Below, piece by piece: positions 28,381-37,682 of a stretch of 64,000 bases of DNA; positions within the stretch are counted from its first letter, which is position 1; every line of letters starts with the position of its first letter. Made by a program: the position numbers and the translations under genes. The stretch lies in contig CALUVW010000005.1 of NCBI GenBank assembly GCA_944324315.1, positions 14,927-78,926 on the forward strand. Direction: 5' to 3'. This stretch comes from Candidatus Gastranaerophilales bacterium. Its GTDB lineage: Bacteria; Cyanobacteriota; Vampirovibrionia; Gastranaerophilales; Gastranaerophilaceae. The notes under the pieces were generated by a model. That model saw nothing but the letters and a program-made list of their open reading frames with translations, searched no databases and was not told where the DNA came from.

Positions 28381-28492
28381 AGCATTTAGATGCAAAGATG
28401 CTAAGAGGCATAGATGCAAAGCAGCATTTATTCTTGCCGAAGGTGCTACGCACGTAGCCCACTCTCAGAATATTCGTCGAGCAGCTTTTACT

Positions 28493-29272
28493 TTGGCAGA
28501 AGTTCTCATAACCCTCGGCATAATTGGAGTAGTTGCCGCTATGACAATGCCGAGTTTGATTACTAATTACCAGAAAAAGGTCTGGACTGATCAGCTAAAA
28601 AAAACTTATTCTACCTTGAATGAAGCATACCGTCAGACTTTAGCACACGCAGGCTGTACAGATGCAATAAGCTGCGGGTTTATGGATGTTGGGAGCTCTA
28701 TACTTCCAGAATTTAGCACTGATTTTTATATTAAATTATTAAATAACTTGAAGCATGAAAATTTATTATTAGTTCCAAATATGAATAATATGACTTCAGA
28801 AGAATTGAATGATTTTAGTGCAAATGTAAATCAGGAACTTGGAAATTATTATACAACTTTAACCTTTAAATTAATGAAAAATAATCGTCAAGTAGATCTT
28901 TATGATTTGATTCCATCTTACTATGTTGAAAAAGGTGGATTTTTTGCGAATACAACTGACGGAGCAATGATAGCATTCTTTAATCCTGGTATCTTGATAG
29001 ATGTCAACGGAAGTAAGGGGCCAAATGTTGTAGGCAGAGATGTTTTTATGTTTTCTGCAACTGATAATGCTATAGTACCAGAATCTTCTATTGCTTATAG
29101 GAATTTTCTTTCGAGAATTTATCCTAAAGCAGCTGATGAATCCGGCCTTTCAGATACACTGCTTGACTATAATGAATTGAAAAGTAAATGTTTATCTTCT
29201 ACCAGCGCTTCTACTTCAGCTGTATGCTGTGCAGATATAATTGTGTTTGATGGCTGGGAGATGAAGTATTAA
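28493..29272 (+). CDS. Prepilin-type N-terminal domain protein without a conventional in-frame start; frame open upstream to 28280
   Basis: IRRAA|FTLAEVLITLGIIGVVAAMTMP is encoded from 28472. The only track start (TTG 28493) lies inside the mature FTLAEV motif. No ATG, GTG or TTG occurs in frame between 28280 and 28492. C-terminal motif IDVNGSKGPNVVGRDVFMF. Confidence 0.7.
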   Translation: MAEVLITLGIIGVVAAMTMPSLITNYQKKVWTDQLKKTYSTLNEAYRQTLAHAGCTDAISCGFMDVGSSILPEFSTDFYIKLLNNLKHENLLLVPNMNNMTSEELNDFSANVNQELGNYYTTLTFKLMKNNRQVDLYDLIPSYYVEKGGFFANTTDGAMIAFFNPGILIDVNGSKGPNVVGRDVFMFSATDNAIVPESSIAYRNFLSRIYPKAADESGLSDTLLDYNELKSKCLSSTSASTSAVCCADIIVFDGWEMKY

Positions 29273-29284
29273 TATTTATTAATT

Positions 29285-29310
29285 AAAAAGCCTCCATATG
29301 GAGGCTTTTT
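29285..29310. terminator. Bidirectional intrinsic terminator
   Basis: Perfect palindrome AAAAAGCCTCC-ATAT-GGAGGCTTTTT between convergent genes. Confidence 0.8.
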
Positions 29311-29743
29311 AATGTTTAGATTTTTCAATTCTTAAATACATTTCATTTAAGATTTCTTTTAAATCTCTTTTATTATAATATTCTCTGTTTATTTGGTAAA
29401 AAGTTTGTGTTTGAGGGTTTATAACAAGCATAACCGGCAATTTTTCATCAATTCCGAATGCATCATAAAGTTTTTCGTTCTCTTCAATTTTTGTATTGAG
29501 TATGCAGAAATTATATTTCCCTTTAAATTCATCATATATCATTTCGCCTATAGGTGCCATTTTTATAACAGAGAATATATCACGTGAATTTGCAAATACC
29601 AGAATAAACGGTAAATTTTGAGTTATTCCCTGTTCATAGGGAACCCCTATATAAGGTTTGTTAAGATATTCCTTTATGTTTAGAGCATAACAATTGTTGG
29701 GGAAAATTAAGAGTATAAAAATTAATAACAGCAGTTTTTTCAT
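29309..29743 (-). CDS. Secreted thioredoxin-fold-like protein (no CxxC), hypothetical
   Basis: It has a signal peptide. The FILVFANS...LPVMLVINP pattern resembles the thioredoxin-like fold. This is a weak call. Confidence 0.35.
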   Translation of the reverse strand: MKKLLLLIFILLIFPNNCYALNIKEYLNKPYIGVPYEQGITQNLPFILVFANSRDIFSVIKMAPIGEMIYDEFKGKYNFCILNTKIEENEKLYDAFGIDEKLPVMLVINPQTQTFYQINREYYNKRDLKEILNEMYLRIEKSKH

Positions 29744-29818
29744 GATAATACTTATATCATAATAATTTTTTTTATGCTATTTTTATATTATATTTGTTAT
29801 TAATAAGAAGGATTTTTT

Positions 29819-32521
29819 ATGACAGCAACAAAGATTGATGATTTACCCACGGTTTACAATCCCAAAGAAACAGAAGAAAAAATTTATAAATTCTGGGAAG
29901 ACGGCGAATATTTTAAGGCTGATGCAAAAAGCAAAAAACCGCCGTATTCAATAGTTATACCGCCACCTAATGTTACAGGCGTACTTCATATGGGACATGC
30001 ACTAGATGAAACTCTGCAGGATATTCTTATTCGTTATCACAGAATGGCTGGTTACGAGACTCTCTGGCTTCCGGGAACCGATCATGCAGGTATTGCAACA
30101 CAAAATGTTGTAGAAAAAAATCTGAGAGAAAAAGGGCTGTCACGCTATGATCTGGGACGTGAGAAATTTCTGGAAGAAACGTGGAAATGGGCAAATGAGC
30201 ATAAATCTGCAATTTTGGATCAGTGTAAACGCTTAGGAGCTTCTTTTGACCGTTCAAGAGAGCGTTTTACATTTGACAAGGGATGTTCTGAAGCTGTTAA
30301 AGAAGTGTTTGTAAGACTTTACGAAAAAGGGCTTATTTATAAAGGCAAATATATTGTTAACTGGTGTCCGCGATGCAACAGTGCAATTTCAGATGTCGAA
30401 ACAGAATATGCAACAGAACAAGGACACATGTGGGAAATTTCTTATCCTTTAAAAGGCGAAAGCGGTGCAATTATTGTAGCAACAACACGTCCTGAGACAA
30501 TTTTTGGAGATGTTGCAATAGCAGTTCATCCATCTGATCATAAATATTCAGAATTAATCGGGAAAACGGTTATTATTCCGCTTTCAGGCAGAGAAATTCC
30601 GATTATTGCTGATGAATATGTTGATAAAAACTTTGGAACCGGAGCTGTTAAAATTACTCCCGCGCATGATCCGAACGACTTTGAAGTGGGTAAACGCCAC
30701 GGTTTGAAACCTATATGGGTTATTAATAACGACGGAACAATGAAGGCGTGCGGTGAAGTTCCGCCTGATTTGCACGGACTTGACAGATATGAAGCTAGAG
30801 AAAAAATAGTTGGAATGCTTTCATATAACAATTTCTTATTGAGAACACGTGAACATGAACATAATGTAGGCAAATGCCAGCGCTGCGGAACAACTATTGA
30901 GCCGCTTTTATCAGAACAATGGTTTGTAAAAATGGAACCGCTTGCAAAAGAAGCTATTGCTGCTGTTAATGACGGAAGAATAAAATTTGTTCCGGACAGA
31001 TGGGAAAAGAATTATCTCGGCTGGATGGAAAATATCCGCGACTGGTGTATTTCGCGTCAATTATGGTGGGGACATCAAATTCCTGCATATTATCACAATG
31101 AGACAGGCGAAATGGTTGTTGCAAAAGAAAATCCCGATCCTGCTAATTATACACAGGATAGTGATGTCCTTGATACCTGGTTTTCTTCAGGTTTATGGCC
31201 TTTCTCTACTATGGGTTGGCCAAATACTGACTCTGATGATTTCAAAAAATTCTATCCGACAACAACTTTAGTTACAGGATTTGATATTATCTTTTTCTGG
31301 GTTGCCCGTATGATTACTATGGGGCTGGAATTTACAGGAAAAGCACCTTTCTCAACGGTTTATATTCACGGGCTTATCCGTGATGAAAAAGGACAAAAAA
31401 TGTCTAAATCCAAAGGCAACACAATAGATCCTGTTAAAATTATTGACAAATACGGTTGTGATGCATTGAGATTTACAATGACATCTTTATGTACTTACGG
31501 CGGTCAGGATATTAAAATGAGCGAAGAAAGATTTGAATATGGCAGAAACTTCGCAAATAAAATATGGAACGCTTCAAGATTTGTATTGATGAATCTTGAA
31601 GGCGTTGATGACAAAGATATTGATTTTGAAAATCTAACAATTGCTGATAAATGGATTTTGGACAAATTAAATAAAACAGCAAAAGAAGTTAATGACAATA
31701 TCAAAGATTTTAGAATAGGTGAAGTTGCTCATGTTCTTTATGATTTCTTCTGGAATTCATACTGCGACTGGTATGTTGAAATTGCCAAAATTCAATTACA
31801 GGATAATAAATTAAAAGCAAATACTCAGCGTGTTTTAAGATATGTTCTTGATATGTCTTTGAGAATGCTTCATCCTATTATGCCGCATATAACTGAGCAG
31901 ATATGGCAGTTAATTCCGAAAGCTGATTGCGAGCTTAGGGCAGATAGAGGCTGTGCAGACCTGTTAGACGCGAGCAACCAAGCAGCCAGGGCGCTTATTG
32001 TAGCTGAATTTCCGACTTTTAAAGAAGAATTGGAATTTCCTAAAGAAGCACAGGAGATGGAGCTTGTTTTTGAAACAATCACATCATTAAGAAATGTCCG
32101 CCAAAGTTTCAATATTTCTCCGTCAGTTAAATGCGATATCGAAATCAGGGCAGAACAGTCTGAAAAACCGATATTTGAAGCTATAGAATCTTATATAAAA
32201 CGTCTAGCAAGAGTTGAAAATATTTCTTATGCTGATATGAATGCTCCTGTTCCACCCAAAAGTGCGACAGCTGTTGTTTCGGCTTCAAAAATAATTCTGC
32301 CCCTTGCGGATTTGATTGATTTGGATGCGGAAATTGCACGTCAGCAAAAGAAACTTGATAAATTGATAGGAGAAAAGAAATCAATGCTCGGCAGAATTAA
32401 TAACCCGAAATTTGTTGCCAATGCTCCTAAAGAACTTATAGAACAGACAAAATCTCGAATTAATGAAATAGAAATTCAAGAAAATACTATAAATCAACTT
32501 ATTATTTCATTAAAAGCTTAA
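29819..32521 (+). CDS. valS: Valine--tRNA ligase
   Basis: HIGH-type PNVTGVLHMGHAL, KMSKS, a CP1 editing region and a C-terminal coiled coil. 900 aa. Confidence 0.95.
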   Translation: MTATKIDDLPTVYNPKETEEKIYKFWEDGEYFKADAKSKKPPYSIVIPPPNVTGVLHMGHALDETLQDILIRYHRMAGYETLWLPGTDHAGIATQNVVEKNLREKGLSRYDLGREKFLEETWKWANEHKSAILDQCKRLGASFDRSRERFTFDKGCSEAVKEVFVRLYEKGLIYKGKYIVNWCPRCNSAISDVETEYATEQGHMWEISYPLKGESGAIIVATTRPETIFGDVAIAVHPSDHKYSELIGKTVIIPLSGREIPIIADEYVDKNFGTGAVKITPAHDPNDFEVGKRHGLKPIWVINNDGTMKACGEVPPDLHGLDRYEAREKIVGMLSYNNFLLRTREHEHNVGKCQRCGTTIEPLLSEQWFVKMEPLAKEAIAAVNDGRIKFVPDRWEKNYLGWMENIRDWCISRQLWWGHQIPAYYHNETGEMVVAKENPDPANYTQDSDVLDTWFSSGLWPFSTMGWPNTDSDDFKKFYPTTTLVTGFDIIFFWVARMITMGLEFTGKAPFSTVYIHGLIRDEKGQKMSKSKGNTIDPVKIIDKYGCDALRFTMTSLCTYGGQDIKMSEERFEYGRNFANKIWNASRFVLMNLEGVDDKDIDFENLTIADKWILDKLNKTAKEVNDNIKDFRIGEVAHVLYDFFWNSYCDWYVEIAKIQLQDNKLKANTQRVLRYVLDMSLRMLHPIMPHITEQIWQLIPKADCELRADRGCADLLDASNQAARALIVAEFPTFKEELEFPKEAQEMELVFETITSLRNVRQSFNISPSVKCDIEIRAEQSEKPIFEAIESYIKRLARVENISYADMNAPVPPKSATAVVSASKIILPLADLIDLDAEIARQQKKLDKLIGEKKSMLGRINNPKFVANAPKELIEQTKSRINEIEIQENTINQLIISLKA

Positions 32522-32667
32522 ATTCACTATTTTATAAGGAAAAAACGAGTCCGGTTTTTTAAAATCGGCTCGTTGCGCTGTTAAAATATGTAAAAGAAAT
32601 TTACAAAAACTTTACAAATATTTAAACATTTGTTACAATAGTCGCAAGGTTAATAGATTAGTGTCTT

Positions 32668-33765
32668 ATGACAAATGGAGTAAAAATGACATCAAGTGAA
32701 TTAGATTTTGAAGAATTATTGAAAAAATATGATTACAAATTCCAGAAAGGTGATTTAGTAAAAGGAATTGTCTGCGGTTATGACAGTCAGGGCGTCATGG
32801 TTGATATAGGTGCAAAAACTATAGCTGTTGTACCTACACGTGAGGCTGTTGATAAAGATGAAAATCTTGAACAAAAATATGAAAAAGGTAAAGAATACGA
32901 ATTTTTGATAATAAAAGAAGAAGATGAAGACGGCAAATTTCTTCTTTCACGCAAAAAAGTTGATCTTGCATACGCCTGGAAAGAACTTGAAAAAGCAAAA
33001 GAAGCAGATGAAACGATCCTCGGAACGATTGTAGGCATTGTTAAAGGCGGAGTTCTTGTCGAAATTTCTGGTGTCAGAGGTTTTGTTCCATCTTCTCAAT
33101 TGCGGGCAAAAGAAAGTGAACTAGAAGTAGGTGGAAAACTCGAACTTAAAATTCTTACTCTTGACTCACAGCAAAATAATTTTATTCTGTCAAATAAAAA
33201 AGTTTATGATGATAGCGTGGTTGAAGCAAGAAAAAATGTATTCTCTCAAATCGAACCGGGACAAATTGTGAAAGGCGATGTTGTAAGAATTACTGATTTC
33301 GGTGCATTTATTGATCTTGGCGGTATAGATGGACTTCTTCCATTGTCACAATTGTCTTGGCGCTGGATTGACCATCCGACAGATATTTTAAATGTCGGTG
33401 ACAAAATTGATGTTGAAGTTATTGCTGTAGATCATGACAAACAGCGTGTATCTTTAAGTTTAAAAAATCTTGAGCCCGATCCATGGCTTGAAGCCGAAAA
33501 ACAAATTAAAGAAGGCGATAAAGTGGAAGGTACTATTACGAGAATTAAACATTTTGGCGCATTTGTGGAAGTGTTCCCGGGAGTTGAAGCATTATTGCCT
33601 CATGCTGAAGTTGTTGAACTGCAAAATCAGAAAGATTGTATTTTGCAGGTAGGCGATAAAGTTGATACATATATTTTGAAATTTAATCCTACAGACAAAC
33701 GTATTGCATTAACTGTTAATGCTTCAAAAGTTGACGGTAAAGAACCTGAACAAACTGAAGAATAA
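32668..33765 (+). CDS. rpsA: 30S ribosomal protein S1 (four S1 domains)
   Basis: Repeated S1 OB-fold motifs (G..V.G.V......G..VD.G). An alternative start at 32686 has a better SD (GGAG). Confidence 0.85.
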   Translation: MTNGVKMTSSELDFEELLKKYDYKFQKGDLVKGIVCGYDSQGVMVDIGAKTIAVVPTREAVDKDENLEQKYEKGKEYEFLIIKEEDEDGKFLLSRKKVDLAYAWKELEKAKEADETILGTIVGIVKGGVLVEISGVRGFVPSSQLRAKESELEVGGKLELKILTLDSQQNNFILSNKKVYDDSVVEARKNVFSQIEPGQIVKGDVVRITDFGAFIDLGGIDGLLPLSQLSWRWIDHPTDILNVGDKIDVEVIAVDHDKQRVSLSLKNLEPDPWLEAEKQIKEGDKVEGTITRIKHFGAFVEVFPGVEALLPHAEVVELQNQKDCILQVGDKVDTYILKFNPTDKRIALTVNASKVDGKEPEQTEE

Positions 33766-33791
33766 ATTTTTTAATTATACAAATTGTTTAT

Positions 33792-33823
33792 AAGCAGTGT
33801 TCGATTGCGAACACTGCTTTATT
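33792..33823 (+). terminator. Intrinsic terminator after rpsA
   Basis: Stem AAGCAGTGTTCG-ATTG-CGAACACTGCTT, followed by TATT. Confidence 0.7.
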
Positions 33824-33987
33824 AATATGAATTTACTCTTTTTTATCCATTAAACGTATGATTTTATTGTAATTTGTGTATATATTTTTGCATTAGTACC
33901 GTATAATTTTATATGTAATGTTGACTTTATAATTTACATCATTATAAACAAATTGTAAGGTAGAATTTTTGAAGGAGAGTGACCATT

Positions 33988-35238
33988 ATGGGTATGGCAG
34001 CTTCACAGGCAAGATATTTAGGCTTGACAGCAAGAAAAACAAACGTTGAATATGAAGGACAGCAGATAAATCAGGCACGTACTGCGCTTGCAAACCAGAG
34101 TGCCAATACATTTAATGAGTTGCTGGCTTTGGAAGTTCCGACTGCACCAAGTACACAGGATTATACAACATTGCAGTATTCTTATCAGGATGGAACTTAT
34201 GCAGAAACGATATCTAGTATGACGGAAATCACAAATGATCCGAATTATAACTATTTGATTACACATTATCATTATTCGGATATCTATACCGGAATAAGAG
34301 TAAATCGTGCTAATCCGCAGGTAGTTCTTGATACGGCAGGTATTCAAGGAACCGTTGATCGTAATAATGTAACTTACGATGATGTAAATGATACTTATAC
34401 TATTAACGGTGTTCAAGCAAGTCAGTATGATCCTCTGGTTGAAGAACAAAGAAATAATTATGAAAAAATTTGCCAGGATTATCCTGCTTTAGCAACTGAA
34501 GATGCAGATAATATTTTAGTATATACAGATACTGACGGTTCTATGAAATTTACGACACGTGACAGTTTGCAGAATGCTGCTGCCGGTACTTCAGATGCAT
34601 TAAATTATACTGTTCAATCAGGGGTGCCAACTTATGTCGGTAATTGTGAAGTTTCAGCTTACGATCCTACTGATCCTGACCAAAAAGCCGCTTATGAAGA
34701 AATTTGTGAGGAGTTCCCGACAGAAAATTTTGCAAATTCTGATAATATCTATACATGGGAATATCAAGGACGAAGATATTTCGCAAGCTTAGAGGATTTA
34801 ACAGCATCTGCAATTTCAGCTCCGGATCCTTCAAAACCTACTGAAAATCAAAATAAATTAACTGCTTATTATGCAGAAAATGTAGAGACTAAAATAGAAC
34901 AAACACAGCGTGCGTTTGTTGATTTAGATGAATCCGGCCGTCCTCAGTCTATAAGATATGAAGATTCAACAGCAACTTTTGCATTAAAAACAGAGACTAT
35001 AACAGATGAAAATGCATACAATGATGCTATGAATCAATATAATTACGATATGCAGGTTTACGAAAAGAAAATTGCAGATATAAATGCAAAAACCGAAAAA
35101 ATTCAGGAACAGGATAGAACTCTTGAATTGCGTTTGAGACAGCTTGATACAGAACAGGAAGCGTTACAAACAGAAATGGAATCAGTCCAAAAAGTTATTG
35201 AGAAAAATATCGAATCGACTTTCAAAACATTCCAATAA
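33988..35238 (+). CDS. Hypothetical protein, large member of a family with conserved termini and a variable core
   Basis: The start MGMAASQARYLGL follows AAGGAGA. The N-terminal helix and the C-terminal ...VIEKNIESTFKTFQ are shared with the 108-aa ORF at 36550. Confidence 0.7.
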   Translation: MGMAASQARYLGLTARKTNVEYEGQQINQARTALANQSANTFNELLALEVPTAPSTQDYTTLQYSYQDGTYAETISSMTEITNDPNYNYLITHYHYSDIYTGIRVNRANPQVVLDTAGIQGTVDRNNVTYDDVNDTYTINGVQASQYDPLVEEQRNNYEKICQDYPALATEDADNILVYTDTDGSMKFTTRDSLQNAAAGTSDALNYTVQSGVPTYVGNCEVSAYDPTDPDQKAAYEEICEEFPTENFANSDNIYTWEYQGRRYFASLEDLTASAISAPDPSKPTENQNKLTAYYAENVETKIEQTQRAFVDLDESGRPQSIRYEDSTATFALKTETITDENAYNDAMNQYNYDMQVYEKKIADINAKTEKIQEQDRTLELRLRQLDTEQEALQTEMESVQKVIEKNIESTFKTFQ

Positions 35239-35262
35239 TAAAGAAGAATATAAGAGGTTTAA

Positions 35263-36081
35263 ATGGCTTACAAAAACGACAGTTACTTGGTTATCGCAAA
35301 CAAATTCAGTTCCGCAAGCGGAGATGCAAAAGCGCAGCTGTGGGAAACTTATGACCAACTTAGGGATTTAACTGTTTCCGGCAACGGACTTGGTTCCGGA
35401 TTTGGTATGACAGGCGGATTTTTATATAATCTGGCAAGTTTACTTGCGCCTTCGTCATTCGCTACAGTCTTTGGTTCTTCTGAATCAATGAATATTCCGG
35501 GTACATCTTATGCTTCAAAGTTTAATGGAGGCTCCTCTTACGGCTTGGATTCTTTATATAATTATTCAGGTTTTCCATCAGGCGCTGCTCCTGTATCATG
35601 GGGGCTTGACGGGTATGCAACAGGCGGAGCTTCTTCAATTGTGAGCGGCTGGGGAACAGATACAGGTGTTGCAACAGGATATGCATCAGGTATCGGTGGA
35701 ATAGCAGATGTTGCCAGTGCAGCAGCTTACGGGCTAGGTGCAGCTAACGGTTATGGATTTTCAATGAAAAATTTAGTGTTGCCTGTTGCAGGTGTTATAT
35801 CCGGTTGGGGTGGTATTATGCAGGCAGCAGCGCCATATCTTGGCGAATACGGGCTTCCCGCTCTTGTTATGGGAAATTTGATGCAGGGTACAACTTCAGC
35901 GGCTCTGGCAGCATATCAGAATGTAACAGGTAATATTACGGCAAATGCTGATACTATTCTTTCTAACAAGGTCAGAAACATAGAAACTGTTTGCAAAATG
36001 CTTGATACACAGGGTGATGTTGTTAAAAAGATGCTTAAAGAATCTATAGAAGGCGATAGTAAAGCTATTCAAAACTTGTAA
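35263..36081 (+). CDS. Hypothetical Gly/Ser/Ala-rich protein
   Basis: 272 aa of low complexity with hydrophobic G/A-rich stretches and an SD AGAGG. It lies 24 nt after the preceding gene. Confidence 0.55.
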   Translation: MAYKNDSYLVIANKFSSASGDAKAQLWETYDQLRDLTVSGNGLGSGFGMTGGFLYNLASLLAPSSFATVFGSSESMNIPGTSYASKFNGGSSYGLDSLYNYSGFPSGAAPVSWGLDGYATGGASSIVSGWGTDTGVATGYASGIGGIADVASAAAYGLGAANGYGFSMKNLVLPVAGVISGWGGIMQAAAPYLGEYGLPALVMGNLMQGTTSAALAAYQNVTGNITANADTILSNKVRNIETVCKMLDTQGDVVKKMLKESIEGDSKAIQNL

Positions 36082-36107
36082 AAATTTTTTACAAGTTTTT
36101 TTATTTT
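36071..36107 (+). terminator. Intrinsic terminator overlapping the stop of 35263..36081
   Basis: Palindrome AAAACTTGTAAAAA/TTTTTACAAGTTTT, followed by a T-run. Confidence 0.6.
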
Positions 36108-36549
36108 GTTAAAGATTATCATATATTTTTCCGTAATAAATACAGTAAATAAAAAATTAAGACTGAAATAGTTAAGACATGTTAAGCAAATATTTTCTAA
36201 AATGGCAATATTTGTTTGTAAATTGTTTTAATATACATGTAGGTCTAAAGTGTAAAGGAGAAAAATGCTTCGTGATACTTTAGAGATGAATATAAAAAGA
36301 TTAGTTGACTTCTTGATATATTCAAAAAATTTCCTAATAAGGAAAAATCCTATAAAATCAATGTCAAATTCATTTGTTGAAAGTTTGAAAGAATTTTTAA
36401 CAATGAACAAAAAAAGAAAAATGGCGCAGTATAGATTAAACTATCACCGTCATCAGTTTCAAAAAATGGAACAGTTGATTGCCGAAAATAACCAGCATAC
36501 TTTTTTAAGAGGCAGCCGGCTGAACGAAACAAGGTAGAAGGACAAAAAA

Positions 36550-36876
36550 ATGGGATTAGTCACCTCACAAATAAGATTATTATATCTTCAGCAGCAAAGA
36601 TTAGATTTGGAATATAAGCTCCAATTAATCACGCAGACAAAAATGGGTTTATCCCGTTCGGTGAGTGATTTGACTCAGATTGGTAATGATTATGATCCGG
36701 AGTCGCCGACAACTAAGTTACTTCAGCAGCGATTATCCAAATTAAAGGTTCTTGAGCAGAAACTTGATGCTCAGATGTTGCAATATCAATCTAGGTTGAA
36801 GATGATAGATGCAGAATACCAGTCTTGCCTGGGCTTAATAGATAAAAATATTCAATCTTCATTCACATATAGATAA
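36550..36876 (+). CDS. Hypothetical protein, minimal member of the conserved-termini family
   Basis: The N-terminus MGLVTSQIRLLYLQQQRLDLEY and the C-terminus LIDKNIQSSFTYR align with the termini of 33988..35238. Confidence 0.65.
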   Translation: MGLVTSQIRLLYLQQQRLDLEYKLQLITQTKMGLSRSVSDLTQIGNDYDPESPTTKLLQQRLSKLKVLEQKLDAQMLQYQSRLKMIDAEYQSCLGLIDKNIQSSFTYR

Positions 36877-36877
36877 T

Positions 36878-36905
36878 AAAAATCGGCTTTTAAAAGCCGA
36901 TTTTT
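36878..36905. terminator. Bidirectional intrinsic terminator
   Basis: Palindrome AAAAATCGGCTTTT-AAAAGCCGATTTTT between convergent genes. Confidence 0.8.
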
Positions 36906-36908
36906 ATT

Positions 36909-37532
36909 TTAAATATTTGTTTGTATAAATAAACTTATTATATCATTCAGAGAAGAGTATTGGCGCTGATATTTTTGCGCTTGTTTTTCAAGAACGCTTA
37001 TTTGTTTTTTGTATTCCATAATAGATGCCTGGCATTCTCTTGATGAATTATTCAGGCTTTCCTGAACTTGTTGAGCTTCTTGTAGTACACTTTTCATAGA
37101 AATTCCCAGTGCTTCCATAGTTTGTTTAATAATTTGGGCTCCGGTTTGTTTGGAAACACCTGCAGGAAGCTGATTAATAAGCTGTTTTAGAACTGCAATA
37201 TTTGTCGGAATTTCAAAGCCGTCAAGGTCATTTGAAAAAGATTCTTGCTGAGTGTTTGGAGAAAAAGAAATTGTATTTTGATTTGTAATATTAGGCATTA
37301 CAGGTGTTTCGTTGTGTTCAGAAAAATCGATATCTTGTTGATAATCATTAACATCATCATTAATATCATCAAAATGATCATTATAATTAATGTCGTTTGA
37401 AAACTGTACGTCAGTTTCTTCCTGTGGCGGGACTGCATTGTCAACAACATTTTGGATTTCGATATCGGATTGCTGTTTTAGTGCTTCTACGATTTTTTTG
37501 CCTACACCTTCTGTAATTTTGTTGCTTACCAT
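36909..37532 (-). CDS. Hypothetical acidic protein with a C-terminal helical/coiled-coil region
   Basis: 207 aa, with no recognised motif. Confidence 0.5.
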   Translation of the reverse strand: MVSNKITEGVGKKIVEALKQQSDIEIQNVVDNAVPPQEETDVQFSNDINYNDHFDDINDDVNDYQQDIDFSEHNETPVMPNITNQNTISFSPNTQQESFSNDLDGFEIPTNIAVLKQLINQLPAGVSKQTGAQIIKQTMEALGISMKSVLQEAQQVQESLNNSSRECQASIMEYKKQISVLEKQAQKYQRQYSSLNDIISLFIQTNI

Positions 37533-37682
37533 TATTTTCCTCTTTCTTCAAAAGAATTATAATATATCAAATAAATTATTTCAAGAAATTAATAAAATAG
37601 TTACGAAATGCTAAGAAAATTTCAATTATTTAAAAAAGTGCTATAATAATAAATTATATGTAAGCAGGAATGAGGAATAAAA

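Noticed and set aside
36265-36537. 90-aa ORF upstream of the minimal conserved-termini gene, and its antisense partners 36228..36410 and 36350..36532
   Set aside because: No SD, Lys/Asn/Phe-rich AT-driven composition, and mutually overlapping ORFs on both strands. The evidence is insufficient to call any of them.
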